Shown piece by piece: positions 48,312 through 58,225 of a DNA stretch of 64,000 nucleotides. Each line of letters begins with the position of its first letter. Position 1 is the stretch's first letter. Source of the DNA: an uncultured Ferrovum sp. (GTDB lineage: Bacteria > Pseudomonadota > Gammaproteobacteria > Burkholderiales > Ferrovaceae); contig CAIPTD010000153.1 of the NCBI GenBank assembly GCA_903867885.1, forward strand, positions 17,269 to 81,268. Reading direction: 5' to 3'. The position numbers were made by a program, and so were the translations under genes. The notes under the pieces are model-generated. The model was not told where the DNA came from, searched no databases, and saw only the letters and a list, made by a program, of their open reading frames with translations.

Positions 48312-49424
48312 CTAAGAAATAAGTCGTTGATATCGCCCATCCGATAATCGAACAACTCTTCCTGCTAATTCTTCCTGACCGAGAATGGAGGATACTTGGA
48401 TTGCCGTCAAGCGCGTGAGGCTTACAATTTCATCTAGCCCTGCAATTCCGGCCTGTAAAACACGAAGAACCGGATCAGATTCTGATATTGGGTCAGGTTG
48501 CGGAGAACGCAAGCCCGATAGTGAGGAATGACGAAGAAGAATAGGGGCCAGTTGCGCCCATACATCATGAACCGTTTCTACCAAAGTGGCACCTTGTCGG
48601 ATTAACTGGTGGCAACCTTTACTAAAAGGTGAGTGAATAGAACCCGGAATCGCCATGACCTCGCGCCCTTGTTCTAATGCTTGTTGAGCGGTAATCAGTG
48701 AGCCGCTCCCGAGGGCAGCTTCAACGACCAAAACGCCCTGTGATAAACCAGAAATAAGGCGATTACGTTCGGGAAAATGATGTTTGAGAGCATTGGTTTG
48801 TAAGGGATACTCGCTGATAAGGAGTCCTTCCTGAGCGATCTTGTGGCCCAAAGCGCGATGAACTGGGGGGTAGATTCGGTCTAGGCCGTGAGCCAAAACA
48901 GCAATGGTTCGGCCTATGGTTCCTAAAGCACCTTCATGGGCAGCACCGTCTATGCCCTCTGCCAGACCGCTAACAATAGTGAGCCCCCCCTCCCCCAAAT
49001 GTTTTGCAAACGCACGGGCATCCAGCAAGCCCTGAGGTGAAGCGCGACGACTACCTACAATAGCTAGAGAAGGATGACCCAGCAAAGCACACTCCCCAGA
49101 GAGCCATAAAACGGGAGGGGGGTCCGATAAGGTTCTTAAGGAGTTAGGATAAGCACTGTCTGCCAAGGTGAGGATATGGTGTTGGGACTTTTGAAGCCAA
49201 GCCTGTCTTTGATGAATGGCTTCAGTTTTTGGGCCCTCCCGAAAATACTTTGCCGCAGCGGGGGATAAAACCTCAGCCATTCGGCGTATAGGCTGTCTGC
49301 AAATGGAGTCCATATCACCAAAGCTTGCCATGAGTTGGCGCCAAACCCCTGTCCCGAAACCTGGAATGGCAGCAAGTTCGAGAAGGGTTTCACGTTGTGA
49401 TAGTGGGTCTAAGGGAGTAGGCAT
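48312..49424 (-). CDS. dprA: DNA processing protein DprA (Smf)
   Basis: 370 aa; Rossmann-like DprA core (AIVGSRRASPQG...TIVSGLAEGIDGAAH); divergent from def. Confidence 0.9.
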   Translation of the reverse strand: MPTPLDPLSQRETLLELAAIPGFGTGVWRQLMASFGDMDSICRQPIRRMAEVLSPAAAKYFREGPKTEAIHQRQAWLQKSQHHILTLADSAYPNSLRTLSDPPPVLWLSGECALLGHPSLAIVGSRRASPQGLLDARAFAKHLGEGGLTIVSGLAEGIDGAAHEGALGTIGRTIAVLAHGLDRIYPPVHRALGHKIAQEGLLISEYPLQTNALKHHFPERNRLISGLSQGVLVVEAALGSGSLITAQQALEQGREVMAIPGSIHSPFSKGCHQLIRQGATLVETVHDVWAQLAPILLRHSSLSGLRSPQPDPISESDPVLRVLQAGIAGLDEIVSLTRLTAIQVSSILGQEELAGRVVRLSDGRYQRLIS

Positions 49425-49597
49425 TCAATCTTCAGGGAGCGAGCAAAAAAACAAACCCTAGGATAACGCCAGAAGGAAAGGGTGTACTGTTTCGAAAAAC
49501 ACAAAAATCTTATAACAGAAGAAAATGACAGAGGTCAGCAAGCTAGGCGCCAACGGTTATAATAGTTTTTAATTTTTGTTACTCATGTGCTTAGACC

Positions 49598-50101
49598 ATG
49601 GCTTTACTTTCGCTACTTCATTACCCTGACCCGCGCTTACATAAAGTAGCAGCGCCGGTAAAGCAGGTTGATGAAACCATACGCAATCTGATTGATGATA
49701 TGGCTGAAACCATGTACGCCGCGCCCGGTATTGGCTTAGCAGCGACGCAAGTAGATGTTCATCAACGCATTATCATTGTAGATATCAGTGAAAACGGGAA
49801 TCAACTGCAGGTTTTTATCAACCCTGAAATCATTTCCTCATCTGGAGAGGCAGAGCGCGAAGAGGGCTGCTTATCGGTTCCAGGTATTTATGATCGCGTT
49901 GTTCGGGCAGACACCATAAAAGTTCAAGCCTTAAATCAACAAGGCGAACTATTTTTGCTCGAGGCAGACGGCTTGCTTTCTACCTGCATACAACATGAAA
50001 TGGATCATCTACTCGGTAAAGTCTTCGTAGAGTATCTTTCGCAACTTAAACAGAATCGGATCAAGACAAAAATGCGCAAGCGTACGCGCGCGGCGGGGTA
50101 A
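49598..50101 (+). CDS. def: Peptide deformylase
   Basis: Three deformylase motifs: [23 protein letters not shown]. Confidence 0.95.
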   Translation: MALLSLLHYPDPRLHKVAAPVKQVDETIRNLIDDMAETMYAAPGIGLAATQVDVHQRIIIVDISENGNQLQVFINPEIISSSGEAEREEGCLSVPGIYDRVVRADTIKVQALNQQGELFLLEADGLLSTCIQHEMDHLLGKVFVEYLSQLKQNRIKTKMRKRTRAAG

Positions 50102-51039
50102 TGCGCATCGTCTTTGCAGGAACCCCTGTTTTTGCCGCAATTGCACTTAAAGCTCTCTTGGCAGCTGGGCATGAAGTGAGCGCAGTATTTTGTCAACCGG
50201 ACCGCCCTGCTGGCCGCGGGCAAAAACTGTTGTTCGGGCCGGTTAAACAAGTGGCGATAGAGCATGGCTTGCAAGTATTTCAGCCTACGAGCTTAAAAGA
50301 ACCAGACATCCTGGAATGGATTAAAAGCGACCCCTCTCAGCTTTGGGTGGTGGCAGCCTATGGCTTACTCCTCCCCCCGGTCGTGCTGTCTTCACCTCCT
50401 ATGGGATGCCTCAATATCCATGCATCATTGCTGCCCCGCTGGCGGGGTGCAGCGCCTATACATCGCGCAATTCAAGCAGGTGATCACAAAACCGGGGTGG
50501 CCATTATGCAAATGGAAGAGGGCTTAGATACCGGCCCTATTCTTCTTGAAGAATCGATAGAGATTGGGCCCCGCGATACTACCGAAACCCTGCACAACCG
50601 TTTAGCTACGCTGGGTGCGCAGACTATCGTAAAGGCACTAGAAAACCTAGACTTTCTTAGATTAAACGAACGCAAGCAATCCAGTGAGGGGGTGCGCTAC
50701 GCCCATAAAATACAAAAAGAAGAAGCAAGGATAAACTGGATGCTTCCGGCAGCAGAACTAGAAAGGCAGATTCGAGCCTTCACGCCCAGCCCCGGAGCGC
50801 GGTTTTGCTATAAAGAAGAGATGATCAAAGTAGGAGAAGCCTTTGTAGCAGCGTTACCCCCCGAAATCCCCAAAGAGACCCCCCCCGGTTTAGTCATAAA
50901 TAATCAATCAGATTTGCACGTTTTAACAGGTCAAGGGGTGTTGCGCTTTACCCGACTGCAAAGACCCGGAGCAAAGATGCTTGCGGCTCACGATTTTTTG
51001 GCGGGTTGCCCTATCCCGGAGGGCACACAACTTGACTAA
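50101..51039 (+). CDS. fmt: Methionyl-tRNA formyltransferase
   Basis: 312 aa; [12 protein letters not shown]-terminus; NIHASLLPRWRGAAPI motif; TAATG overlap with def. Confidence 0.94.
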   Translation: MRIVFAGTPVFAAIALKALLAAGHEVSAVFCQPDRPAGRGQKLLFGPVKQVAIEHGLQVFQPTSLKEPDILEWIKSDPSQLWVVAAYGLLLPPVVLSSPPMGCLNIHASLLPRWRGAAPIHRAIQAGDHKTGVAIMQMEEGLDTGPILLEESIEIGPRDTTETLHNRLATLGAQTIVKALENLDFLRLNERKQSSEGVRYAHKIQKEEARINWMLPAAELERQIRAFTPSPGARFCYKEEMIKVGEAFVAALPPEIPKETPPGLVINNQSDLHVLTGQGVLRFTRLQRPGAKMLAAHDFLAGCPIPEGTQLD

Positions 51040-52369
51040 AACCACTTCAGAGCCTCCTGTCCGCGCTCGCGATCTAAGCGGGGAAGGAGAAAGACTAGAA
51101 CGTGCGCAAATGCTGAGCGTAGAACTATTGCAGCAGGTGTATGCAGGCAGCAGTCTCGATACGGCGACGCAGCGAACTATGACGCAACTCGATGCGCTCG
51201 GTCCACATTTGAAAGCAGTGTGCAGAGATACCTGTTACGGTGTTTTGCGTCATCGCGGGCGAATCCGCGCCTTGCTCGCCCCACTTCTCAAAGATGACAA
51301 TACGCAAGTGCTACTGAAAACCTTGCTTGAAGTCGCTCTATATCAAATCGCCTATACTCGAATCGCTAGTCATGCTGTAGTTGATCATGCGGTTAAATCC
51401 GCTGGGCTTCTTGCTCATCCTGCCGTTGGGGGGTTTATCAACGCGGTGTTGAGAAATTTTATTCGTCAGAGAGAGAACCTGGAGCTGGAGGCAGATCGAA
51501 CTGCTGAAGGACGGTATTCGCATCCTGAATGGTGGGTGAGAAGAATGAAGCGGGACCACCCTCATGACTGGAAAAAAATTCTTGAGTTGGCGCAAACGCC
51601 TCCGCCTTTGACCCTGCGGATCAACATACGTAAAACCACGCTGCAAGGGTATCTGGACATCCTTCAGCAGAATGCTATCGAAGCTTATCCTGTCGGGGTT
51701 TCAGGGGTGCATCTCGTCCAAGCGATTTCGGTAGAGCACATCCCACACTTTTTTGACGGCTGGGTTTCAGTTCAAGATGCGGCTGCGCAATGGGCGGGCC
51801 ATATTCTTGCCCCAAAAAAAGGCGAGCGGATTTTAGATGCTTGCGCTGCTCCTGGTGGTAAGACCGCACATTTGCTCGAGTTGGCTGAGATCAAATTGAG
51901 TGCCTTGGATCAGGATGGCCTACGATTAGAAAGAGTGAAACATAATTTGGATCGCTTAGGCCTTCAGGCCGAGCTACTGTGTGCAGACGCGGTGGATCTG
52001 GAAACTTGGTGGGATGGTCAAACCTTTGATCGAATTTTACTCGATGCGCCCTGCACCGGTTCGGGCGTCACGCGCCGCCACCCAGACATACGCTGGCTAA
52101 GACGCTCTGCAGACCCCTCTACAATGTCCGTACAGCAAGCGCGATTGCTTAAGGCGCTTTGGCGGACATTAAAGCCAGGTGGTACATTGCTGTTCGTGAC
52201 TTGTTCGTTATTCGCTGAAGAAGGGCCTAAGCTTATTCAAGGTTTTTTAACAGAACAAGCGGATGCTCGTTTTAAAGTTTTACCTCAACCCCCATTTGAA
52301 CAAGGTTGGATTATTCCCGATGCCCTGCATGATGGATTTTTCTATGCACTTCTTGAGCGTACCCGCTAG
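51032..52369 (+). CDS. rsmB: 16S rRNA (cytosine967-C5)-methyltransferase
   Basis: NusB-like N-terminal domain; SAM motif LDACAAPGGKT; catalytic Cys motifs DAPCTGSG and VTCS. Start set at TTG 51032, with a GGAGG SD 9 nt upstream and an 8-nt overlap with fmt; ATG 51110 is the alternative. Confidence 0.87.
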   Translation: MTKTTSEPPVRARDLSGEGERLERAQMLSVELLQQVYAGSSLDTATQRTMTQLDALGPHLKAVCRDTCYGVLRHRGRIRALLAPLLKDDNTQVLLKTLLEVALYQIAYTRIASHAVVDHAVKSAGLLAHPAVGGFINAVLRNFIRQRENLELEADRTAEGRYSHPEWWVRRMKRDHPHDWKKILELAQTPPPLTLRINIRKTTLQGYLDILQQNAIEAYPVGVSGVHLVQAISVEHIPHFFDGWVSVQDAAAQWAGHILAPKKGERILDACAAPGGKTAHLLELAEIKLSALDQDGLRLERVKHNLDRLGLQAELLCADAVDLETWWDGQTFDRILLDAPCTGSGVTRRHPDIRWLRRSADPSTMSVQQARLLKALWRTLKPGGTLLFVTCSLFAEEGPKLIQGFLTEQADARFKVLPQPPFEQGWIIPDALHDGFFYALLERTR

Positions 52370-52940
52370 CCGACCGCCTCTTCTTAGGGGTGTGTTTTTT
52401 CTTCTGCTCCTAGCCTTCATGCTGATTACAGGAGAGGTTCAAACCGCAAAAGCCGAAGGAATCAATGTCCGCGCGGTGGATGTGGAAACAGTCGATGAAG
52501 GTTATCTTCTCAACGCCAACTTTGATCTTGAACTCACACCTAAATTACAAGACGCGGTATCCCACGGGGTGTCCTTGGATTTTGTTTTGGAATTTGATTT
52601 ATGGCGCCCCCGTGCATGGTGGTTTGATGAAACCATCATTCATTTTCAAGAGCATCGCAGGCTGAGTTTTGTTCCTGTTACGCGAATGTATAGACTCAAT
52701 ATAGGAAGTTCCTACGAAACCTTTCCTAACCTTAAAGATGCGTTGAAAGCCTTAGCGTACGTCCATGCGGTACCCGCTTCGGAAAAACCAGGGTTACTCA
52801 AGGGACAGCGCTATGAAGCTTCGCTCTCACTTCGCCTGGATACCTCCTTATTGCCCAAACCGCTTCAGCTAGAGAGCTTATCAACAGGTGAGTGGCAACT
52901 GTCTTCTCCTATCCATCGCTTTAGTGTGAACCCTAACTGA
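52344..52940 (+). CDS. DUF4390-like exported protein
   Basis: Signal peptide (RPPLLRGVFFLLLLAFMLITGEVQTAKA). The position between rsmB and ntrY matches my recollection of betaproteobacterial DUF4390. Start ambiguous (ATG 52320, 52329, 52332 or 52344). Confidence 0.6.
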   Translation: MHFLSVPASRPPLLRGVFFLLLLAFMLITGEVQTAKAEGINVRAVDVETVDEGYLLNANFDLELTPKLQDAVSHGVSLDFVLEFDLWRPRAWWFDETIIHFQEHRRLSFVPVTRMYRLNIGSSYETFPNLKDALKALAYVHAVPASEKPGLLKGQRYEASLSLRLDTSLLPKPLQLESLSTGEWQLSSPIHRFSVNPN

Positions 52941-55114
52941 TGCTGTTTACCTCATGGCGAATGCGGGTTTTGCTTGGGGTATGTGTGCTCCTTGGGGGAG
53001 GCTTGCTGTATCTCTTGTTTCAAGCGACAGCCAACACCTCCCTGTTTGCCGAAAACTACACCATGCTCCTTTTTTTGGGGGCGACGCTCGCACTGGGTCT
53101 AGTGGGTTTGATTGCTTATCAGATTCGAATGTTGTATTGCCGATTGCGTTCAAGGGAATTTGGTTCACGCCTTACTCTAAGACTGCTCATCGTTTTTAGT
53201 ATTGCGGCCTTAGTACCAGGTACTTTGGTTTACGCTGTTTCGGTGCAGTTTTTAGCAAATAGTATTGAAACATGGTTTAACGTAAACGTAGATCAGGCGC
53301 TCGAGGCTGGATTAAACCTAGGAAGAACCAGCCTAGATAGTATGTTGGATGACCTCGCCTTAAAAGGCGAAACCATGGCCGGGTCAATGGCTGAAAGTTC
53401 AGCCATTGATGAGGTGGCACTACTTAACCATTTGCGGGAGCAAGCAGGAGTAGACGAAGTTACTTTGTACAATAAAGCTGGAAAAACGCTTGCCTTCTCC
53501 AGTTCTCACCCTACAGCCCTTTTTCCTGGAGCGGGGTTACCTAAAACCGCAGCACTCAGACAGATTCGTTTACAGCGCACCTATAAAAGTATTGAGACAG
53601 TGCCGGGACAGGGGTTTTTCTTAAGGGTTGTGGTACCCGTCAATCTTCTTTCCATTAACGAGGATATGAGGGCATTAGAATTACTTCAACCTGTTCCGGC
53701 AGAACTTTCAGCAAATGCCGAGCGGGTGGATTCTGCCTGGCGCAACTATCAAGAGTTGATTCGAGCCCGAGTAGGGCTAAAAAGAGTGTATGGATTAACG
53801 CTTACGTTGACCTTATTACTAACCTTGCTCTCCGCCTTGGCTTTGGCATTTTCGCTTTCAGAGTACCTGGGACGAGCATTAGGACAATTATCAGAAACCG
53901 CTTTGGCAGTGGGACGAGGAGATTTTACCCGCTTTGCTAGGGTGACCAGTAAGGACGAACTGGGTTTGTTGGCGGGAGCCTTCAATACCATGATTCGTCA
54001 ATTACAATCTGCTGCAGAAACACGTGCTCGCGATCAAGCACAGGTTGAAGAAGCGAAGTCGCATTTAGAAGGAATTCTGGCCCATTTGAGCGCAGGGGTC
54101 GTTGTGATTAACCCTGACGACACCATTCAGGCTGCAAACCCAGCAGCGAATCAACATCTGAATGGAGAGGCGTACTGTGTGCCGGGAGTAGCACTTAAAA
54201 GCTTACTTAAGGATGCCCCGGTAGAAGGAATGCGCTCTTTTGCGGGCGCGGTGCTTCAGCATTTTGCTCAAACTACCGAAGACTCTTGGGACAGTCAGTT
54301 GGAATTCGTCGCCCCGGATGGGGTGCGCATCTTGCATCTTAGAGGTTCATCTTTGCCTGGCAAGACACCGCCTGATCGCATGGTGGTATTTGATGACATT
54401 ACCGAGCTACTTCAGGCGCAGCGGGATGCCGCATGGGGTGAAGTGGCGAGGCGCTTGGCCCATGAAATCAAGAATCCGCTCACTCCCATTCAACTCGCTG
54501 CCGAGCATTTACAAAGAAAGCTTGTTTCACGCCTCAATGAAGAAGATGTGGCCTTCGTGAATCGTTCTACGGCAACGATCGTGAATCAAGTAGATGCCAT
54601 GAAGTCTATGGTAGATGACTTCAGCGCCTATTCGCGTGCATCAGGTTTGGTGAGTCGGAGCCTAGATCTGAATGCCCTCATTGCTGAGGTCGCAACGTTA
54701 TATGAACCCATGCAAGTTGCTATTCGCCTTGAACTCATGCCTACGCTTCCACTATTAAATGGTGATTCAAAGCTACTCCGGCAGGTTTTGCATAACTTGC
54801 TTCAAAATGCGGTGGATGTTCTTCAGGACCAAAAACATCCCGAGATCGTGATCAGTACCAAACTTGAGGCGGGAGAAATTTGTTTGTCTATCAGCGACAA
54901 TGGGCCTGGAGTTTCAGAAAACTTGTTGGGCCGTGTATTTGAACCCTATGTGACAGGAAAAACTAAAGGCACAGGATTGGGCCTAGCTATTGTGAAGAAA
55001 ATTATTGAGGAACATCAAGGCCGTATTCAAGTGAGAAATCAAGAGCCGCAGGGCGCACAGTTTGTGATGACTTTGCCCATAGTCAACGCAGCATCAGAGG
55101 GGACTAAGGCGTGA
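52940..55114 (+). CDS. ntrY: NtrY-like membrane sensor histidine kinase (TM-HAMP-PAS-HisKA-HATPase)
   Basis: 724 aa; several N-terminal TM segments; HAMP; PAS; H-box RLAHEIKNPLTPI; N box LLQNAVD; G boxes DNGPGV and GTGLGLA. TGATG overlap with the upstream gene. Confidence 0.85.
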   Translation: MLFTSWRMRVLLGVCVLLGGGLLYLLFQATANTSLFAENYTMLLFLGATLALGLVGLIAYQIRMLYCRLRSREFGSRLTLRLLIVFSIAALVPGTLVYAVSVQFLANSIETWFNVNVDQALEAGLNLGRTSLDSMLDDLALKGETMAGSMAESSAIDEVALLNHLREQAGVDEVTLYNKAGKTLAFSSSHPTALFPGAGLPKTAALRQIRLQRTYKSIETVPGQGFFLRVVVPVNLLSINEDMRALELLQPVPAELSANAERVDSAWRNYQELIRARVGLKRVYGLTLTLTLLLTLLSALALAFSLSEYLGRALGQLSETALAVGRGDFTRFARVTSKDELGLLAGAFNTMIRQLQSAAETRARDQAQVEEAKSHLEGILAHLSAGVVVINPDDTIQAANPAANQHLNGEAYCVPGVALKSLLKDAPVEGMRSFAGAVLQHFAQTTEDSWDSQLEFVAPDGVRILHLRGSSLPGKTPPDRMVVFDDITELLQAQRDAAWGEVARRLAHEIKNPLTPIQLAAEHLQRKLVSRLNEEDVAFVNRSTATIVNQVDAMKSMVDDFSAYSRASGLVSRSLDLNALIAEVATLYEPMQVAIRLELMPTLPLLNGDSKLLRQVLHNLLQNAVDVLQDQKHPEIVISTKLEAGEICLSISDNGPGVSENLLGRVFEPYVTGKTKGTGLGLAIVKKIIEEHQGRIQVRNQEPQGAQFVMTLPIVNAASEGTKA

Positions 55115-56370
55115 GCCAAGATATTTTAGTTGTTGATGATGAGGTGGGGATCCGAGAACTCCTCTCGGAAATTCTGCGCGACGAAGGTTACCGAGTTCGG
55201 CTTGCAGCAGATGCGATTGAGGCGCGGCAGGAGCGCCGTGAAACACGTCCAGATTTGGTTCTCTTGGATATATGGATGCCAGGAACAGACGGAATCACCT
55301 TACTCAAAGAGTGGGGAAGCGCTGGCATGCTCACTATGCCCGTGGTCATGATGTCGGGGCATGGAACAGTAGAAACAGCGGTAGAGGCAACGCGCCTCGG
55401 GGCATTTGATTTTTTGCAAAAACCCATCGCGCTTCCAAGGCTGCTCGACACAGTGGAGCGAGGGCTGGCCAAGGGCAAAGCAGATTTTCAACCAGGCTTG
55501 AGTTTCGTTCATCTCGGAAAATCTGCCATGATGCTGGACATGAGAAAACGACTGGATCTGCTTGCCAATCGTGCGGCCCCCATCCTTTTTGTGGGTGAAT
55601 CGGGTGCAGGTGCCGAACTCGCCGCCCTTTATCTTCACCGCCCCAATGCACCTTGGGTGGCTCCGCTCGATATTGGCTGGTTAGCCGAGAATCCATTTAC
55701 TGTATTAACCGAAGCGCAAGACGGAACTTTGTTTTTAAACGACATCGCAAAACTAGATAAAGCCAGCCAAAAAGGGTTAACCCAACTTGTAGGGAAGTTG
55801 GATCGCCACAATGTGCGCTTACTTGCGGCTTCCTCAAAATCGCCCGCAGACCTTCTCAAGCTAGAACTCTTTGATGCAGAGACTTTGGCAAGATTGACGC
55901 AAATCGTGATGCCCGTGCCCGCATTAAGGGATCATTTGGAGGATATTCCTGATATCGCTACCGTGATCTTGATGCAATTAATTGAGGCGAAGGAAGTACC
56001 ATTTAGAACTTGGTCGGCCGGCGCCCTGAATGCGCTGCGCGCCCTAACATGGCCCGGAAACTTGCCTGCGCTAGCCAATGCAGTCCGAACATTGGCATTA
56101 AGTAGTTTTGATGTAGAAATAGGGGTAGAGGAAGTCAACCGAATTGCAGCGCAGTTTACCCAAACAGAAAAATCACAGGCAATACCCTTGGAATTTGATT
56201 TACCCCTGCGAGAAGCCAGGGATTTGTTTGAGCAGGCCTATTTTGCGCACCATATTCGAGCAGAATCCGGCAATATGACGCGTGTGGCTGAGCGTGTGGG
56301 CCTAGAGCGAACCCACCTTTACAGAAAACTCAAGCAATTGGGAATGAGAACATCTGGGAAGGATGAATGA
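55111..56370 (+). CDS. ntrX: NtrX-like response regulator (REC, degenerate AAA+ domain, Fis-type HTH)
   Basis: REC (LLDIWMPGTDG); central domain with a degenerate Walker A (GESGAGAE) and Walker B (LFLNDI) and no GAFTGA loop; C-terminal HTH (GNMTRVAERVGLERTHLYRKL). GTGA overlap with ntrY. Confidence 0.8.
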   Translation: MSQDILVVDDEVGIRELLSEILRDEGYRVRLAADAIEARQERRETRPDLVLLDIWMPGTDGITLLKEWGSAGMLTMPVVMMSGHGTVETAVEATRLGAFDFLQKPIALPRLLDTVERGLAKGKADFQPGLSFVHLGKSAMMLDMRKRLDLLANRAAPILFVGESGAGAELAALYLHRPNAPWVAPLDIGWLAENPFTVLTEAQDGTLFLNDIAKLDKASQKGLTQLVGKLDRHNVRLLAASSKSPADLLKLELFDAETLARLTQIVMPVPALRDHLEDIPDIATVILMQLIEAKEVPFRTWSAGALNALRALTWPGNLPALANAVRTLALSSFDVEIGVEEVNRIAAQFTQTEKSQAIPLEFDLPLREARDLFEQAYFAHHIRAESGNMTRVAERVGLERTHLYRKLKQLGMRTSGKDE

Positions 56371-56445
56371 ATCCTTGTAAATTAACTAGGCTAATCTGCC
56401 GTGATGTCGTAAGCGAGAAATAAAGCTCTTGCCGGAGAAAACAAC

Positions 56446-57822
56446 ATGACCCAAGAAGATACCCTAATTGAAAGCACGCAATCAGCGGATACAGACTCTC
56501 TTTTAATCCCATTGAATGCAGCCCAACCCTCTGCAGAAGCAGTGGTCGAAGCGGAGCCCGTCTATCGGGCTACCATTTTATTTGTAGACGACGAAGCGAA
56601 TATTTTGCGGTCCTTGGCGCGTTTATTTCGAGGAAGAGATCTAAAGATCCTTATCGCTGAAAGCGGCGAGTCAGGTTTAAAGGTTTTATCAGAAGAGAAA
56701 GTGGATTTAGTGGTGTCAGATATGCGTATGCCCAATATGGATGGAGCACAGTTCTTAACCAAGGTATACGAAGGTTGGCCAGACACTGAAAGGCTTTTGT
56801 TAACAGGCTACGCAGACATCACTGCGACCGTGGGTGCAATTAACCAAGGGCGCATTTCGCGCTATATCGCGAAGCCATGGGTAGATGATGAAATTTTAGG
56901 TGCTGTTGATAATGCGCTAAAGCTTAAGCAGTTAAAGCATGAAAAACAGGAGCTTGAGCAGCAAATAGAGGCGCAAAACAATGAGTTGGAGCAGCTCAAC
57001 CAAACCTTGGAACGCAAAGTAGAGCAACGGATAAAAGAAATTCACTCATCTAATGAGCGTTTAAAAAGTAATTATGTAACTTCCATTAAGGTCTTTTCAA
57101 ACTTAATTGAGTTGCGAGGCGGTGCATTATCTGGCCATTCACGCCGGGTAGCTGAAATCGCTGTGAAAATTGGCACCGAAATGAAATTACCCCGACCCGT
57201 ATTACAGGAAATTTTGTTGGGAAGCTTACTGCATGACGTAGGAAAAATTGGTTTTAAGGACGACATTTTGAGTAAGCCTTTGGCTCAAATGAATATTGAA
57301 GAAACCAATATGCACCGAAGCCACACCCAAAACGGGCAGGAAGCACTTGAAGCGCTCGGTGATATGGAAAAGGTGAGCCTGATCGTGCGTTCACACCATG
57401 AAATGTGGGACGGAAGTGGCTACCCTGATAATCTCTCGGGAGATCGCATCCCCCTCACGGCGCGAATTGTATGCGTAGCAAATGATTATGATGGTTTACA
57501 AGCCGGTACGTTAACGGTCACTAGGCTCAAACCGGAAGCAGCAGTTAAAATGATTCAGATGGGAAGCGGTAAACGATATGACCCCGTAGTGGTGCGCGCA
57601 TTTGAAAGAGTCGTGTTTGGAGATGAGATTGGGGCACATGAGTACGTTGTCACAGCCGCTGAACTTAAGGTTGATATGGTTTTAAGTCGAGACTTATTTA
57701 GTTCAGATGGCGCACTCCTTGCGGTAGCCAATACGAAGTTATCGGATGAAGAGATGGTTAAGCGTTTGCTGGAATATAAAAACCATGACAACTCAGCGCT
57801 AAAAATAGTGGTAAAGAAATAA
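56446..57822 (+). CDS. Response regulator with HD-GYP phosphodiesterase output (RpfG-like) plus ~75-aa C-terminal extension
   Basis: REC (VVSDMRMPNMDG, KPW motif); coiled-coil linker; HD-GYP (GSLLHDVGKIG, HHEMWDGSGYPD). Confidence 0.87.
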   Translation: MTQEDTLIESTQSADTDSLLIPLNAAQPSAEAVVEAEPVYRATILFVDDEANILRSLARLFRGRDLKILIAESGESGLKVLSEEKVDLVVSDMRMPNMDGAQFLTKVYEGWPDTERLLLTGYADITATVGAINQGRISRYIAKPWVDDEILGAVDNALKLKQLKHEKQELEQQIEAQNNELEQLNQTLERKVEQRIKEIHSSNERLKSNYVTSIKVFSNLIELRGGALSGHSRRVAEIAVKIGTEMKLPRPVLQEILLGSLLHDVGKIGFKDDILSKPLAQMNIEETNMHRSHTQNGQEALEALGDMEKVSLIVRSHHEMWDGSGYPDNLSGDRIPLTARIVCVANDYDGLQAGTLTVTRLKPEAAVKMIQMGSGKRYDPVVVRAFERVVFGDEIGAHEYVVTAAELKVDMVLSRDLFSSDGALLAVANTKLSDEEMVKRLLEYKNHDNSALKIVVKK

Positions 57823-57856
57823 TTTGCCTTTAACCCTTTAATCATAGAGATCCAGA

Positions 57857-58225
57857 ATGTCCGTTTCAGTACTCATCGTAGATGACTCGCCAATTGCCCG
57901 AAAAATGTTAAGGCGGGCCCTTCCCCCGGATTGGGATATCACCATTCAGGAGGCGTCGGATGGCGCGCAAGCAATTGATATATATAGAAAAGGAAGTGTT
58001 GAACTGATGTTTCTAGATCTCACCATGCCAAATATTGATGGCTACGGTGTGCTAGAAGTGCTGCAAGCAGAAGGGCTGAACTGTATCGTGATCGTTGTTT
58101 CGGCAGATGTGCAGCCTCAGGCAAGAGAACGTGTTTTGGCAATGGGTGCGATTGCCTTTATTCCTAAACCGGTCAATCCAGAGGGTCTGCAAGAGGTGTT
58201 GCGTCAATACGGAATACTTGTATGA
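57857..58225 (+). CDS. Single-domain CheY-like response regulator
   Basis: 122 aa; VLIVDDS, MFLDLTMPNIDG, FIPKP receiver motifs; ATGA overlap with the next gene. Confidence 0.87.
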   Translation: MSVSVLIVDDSPIARKMLRRALPPDWDITIQEASDGAQAIDIYRKGSVELMFLDLTMPNIDGYGVLEVLQAEGLNCIVIVVSADVQPQARERVLAMGAIAFIPKPVNPEGLQEVLRQYGILV

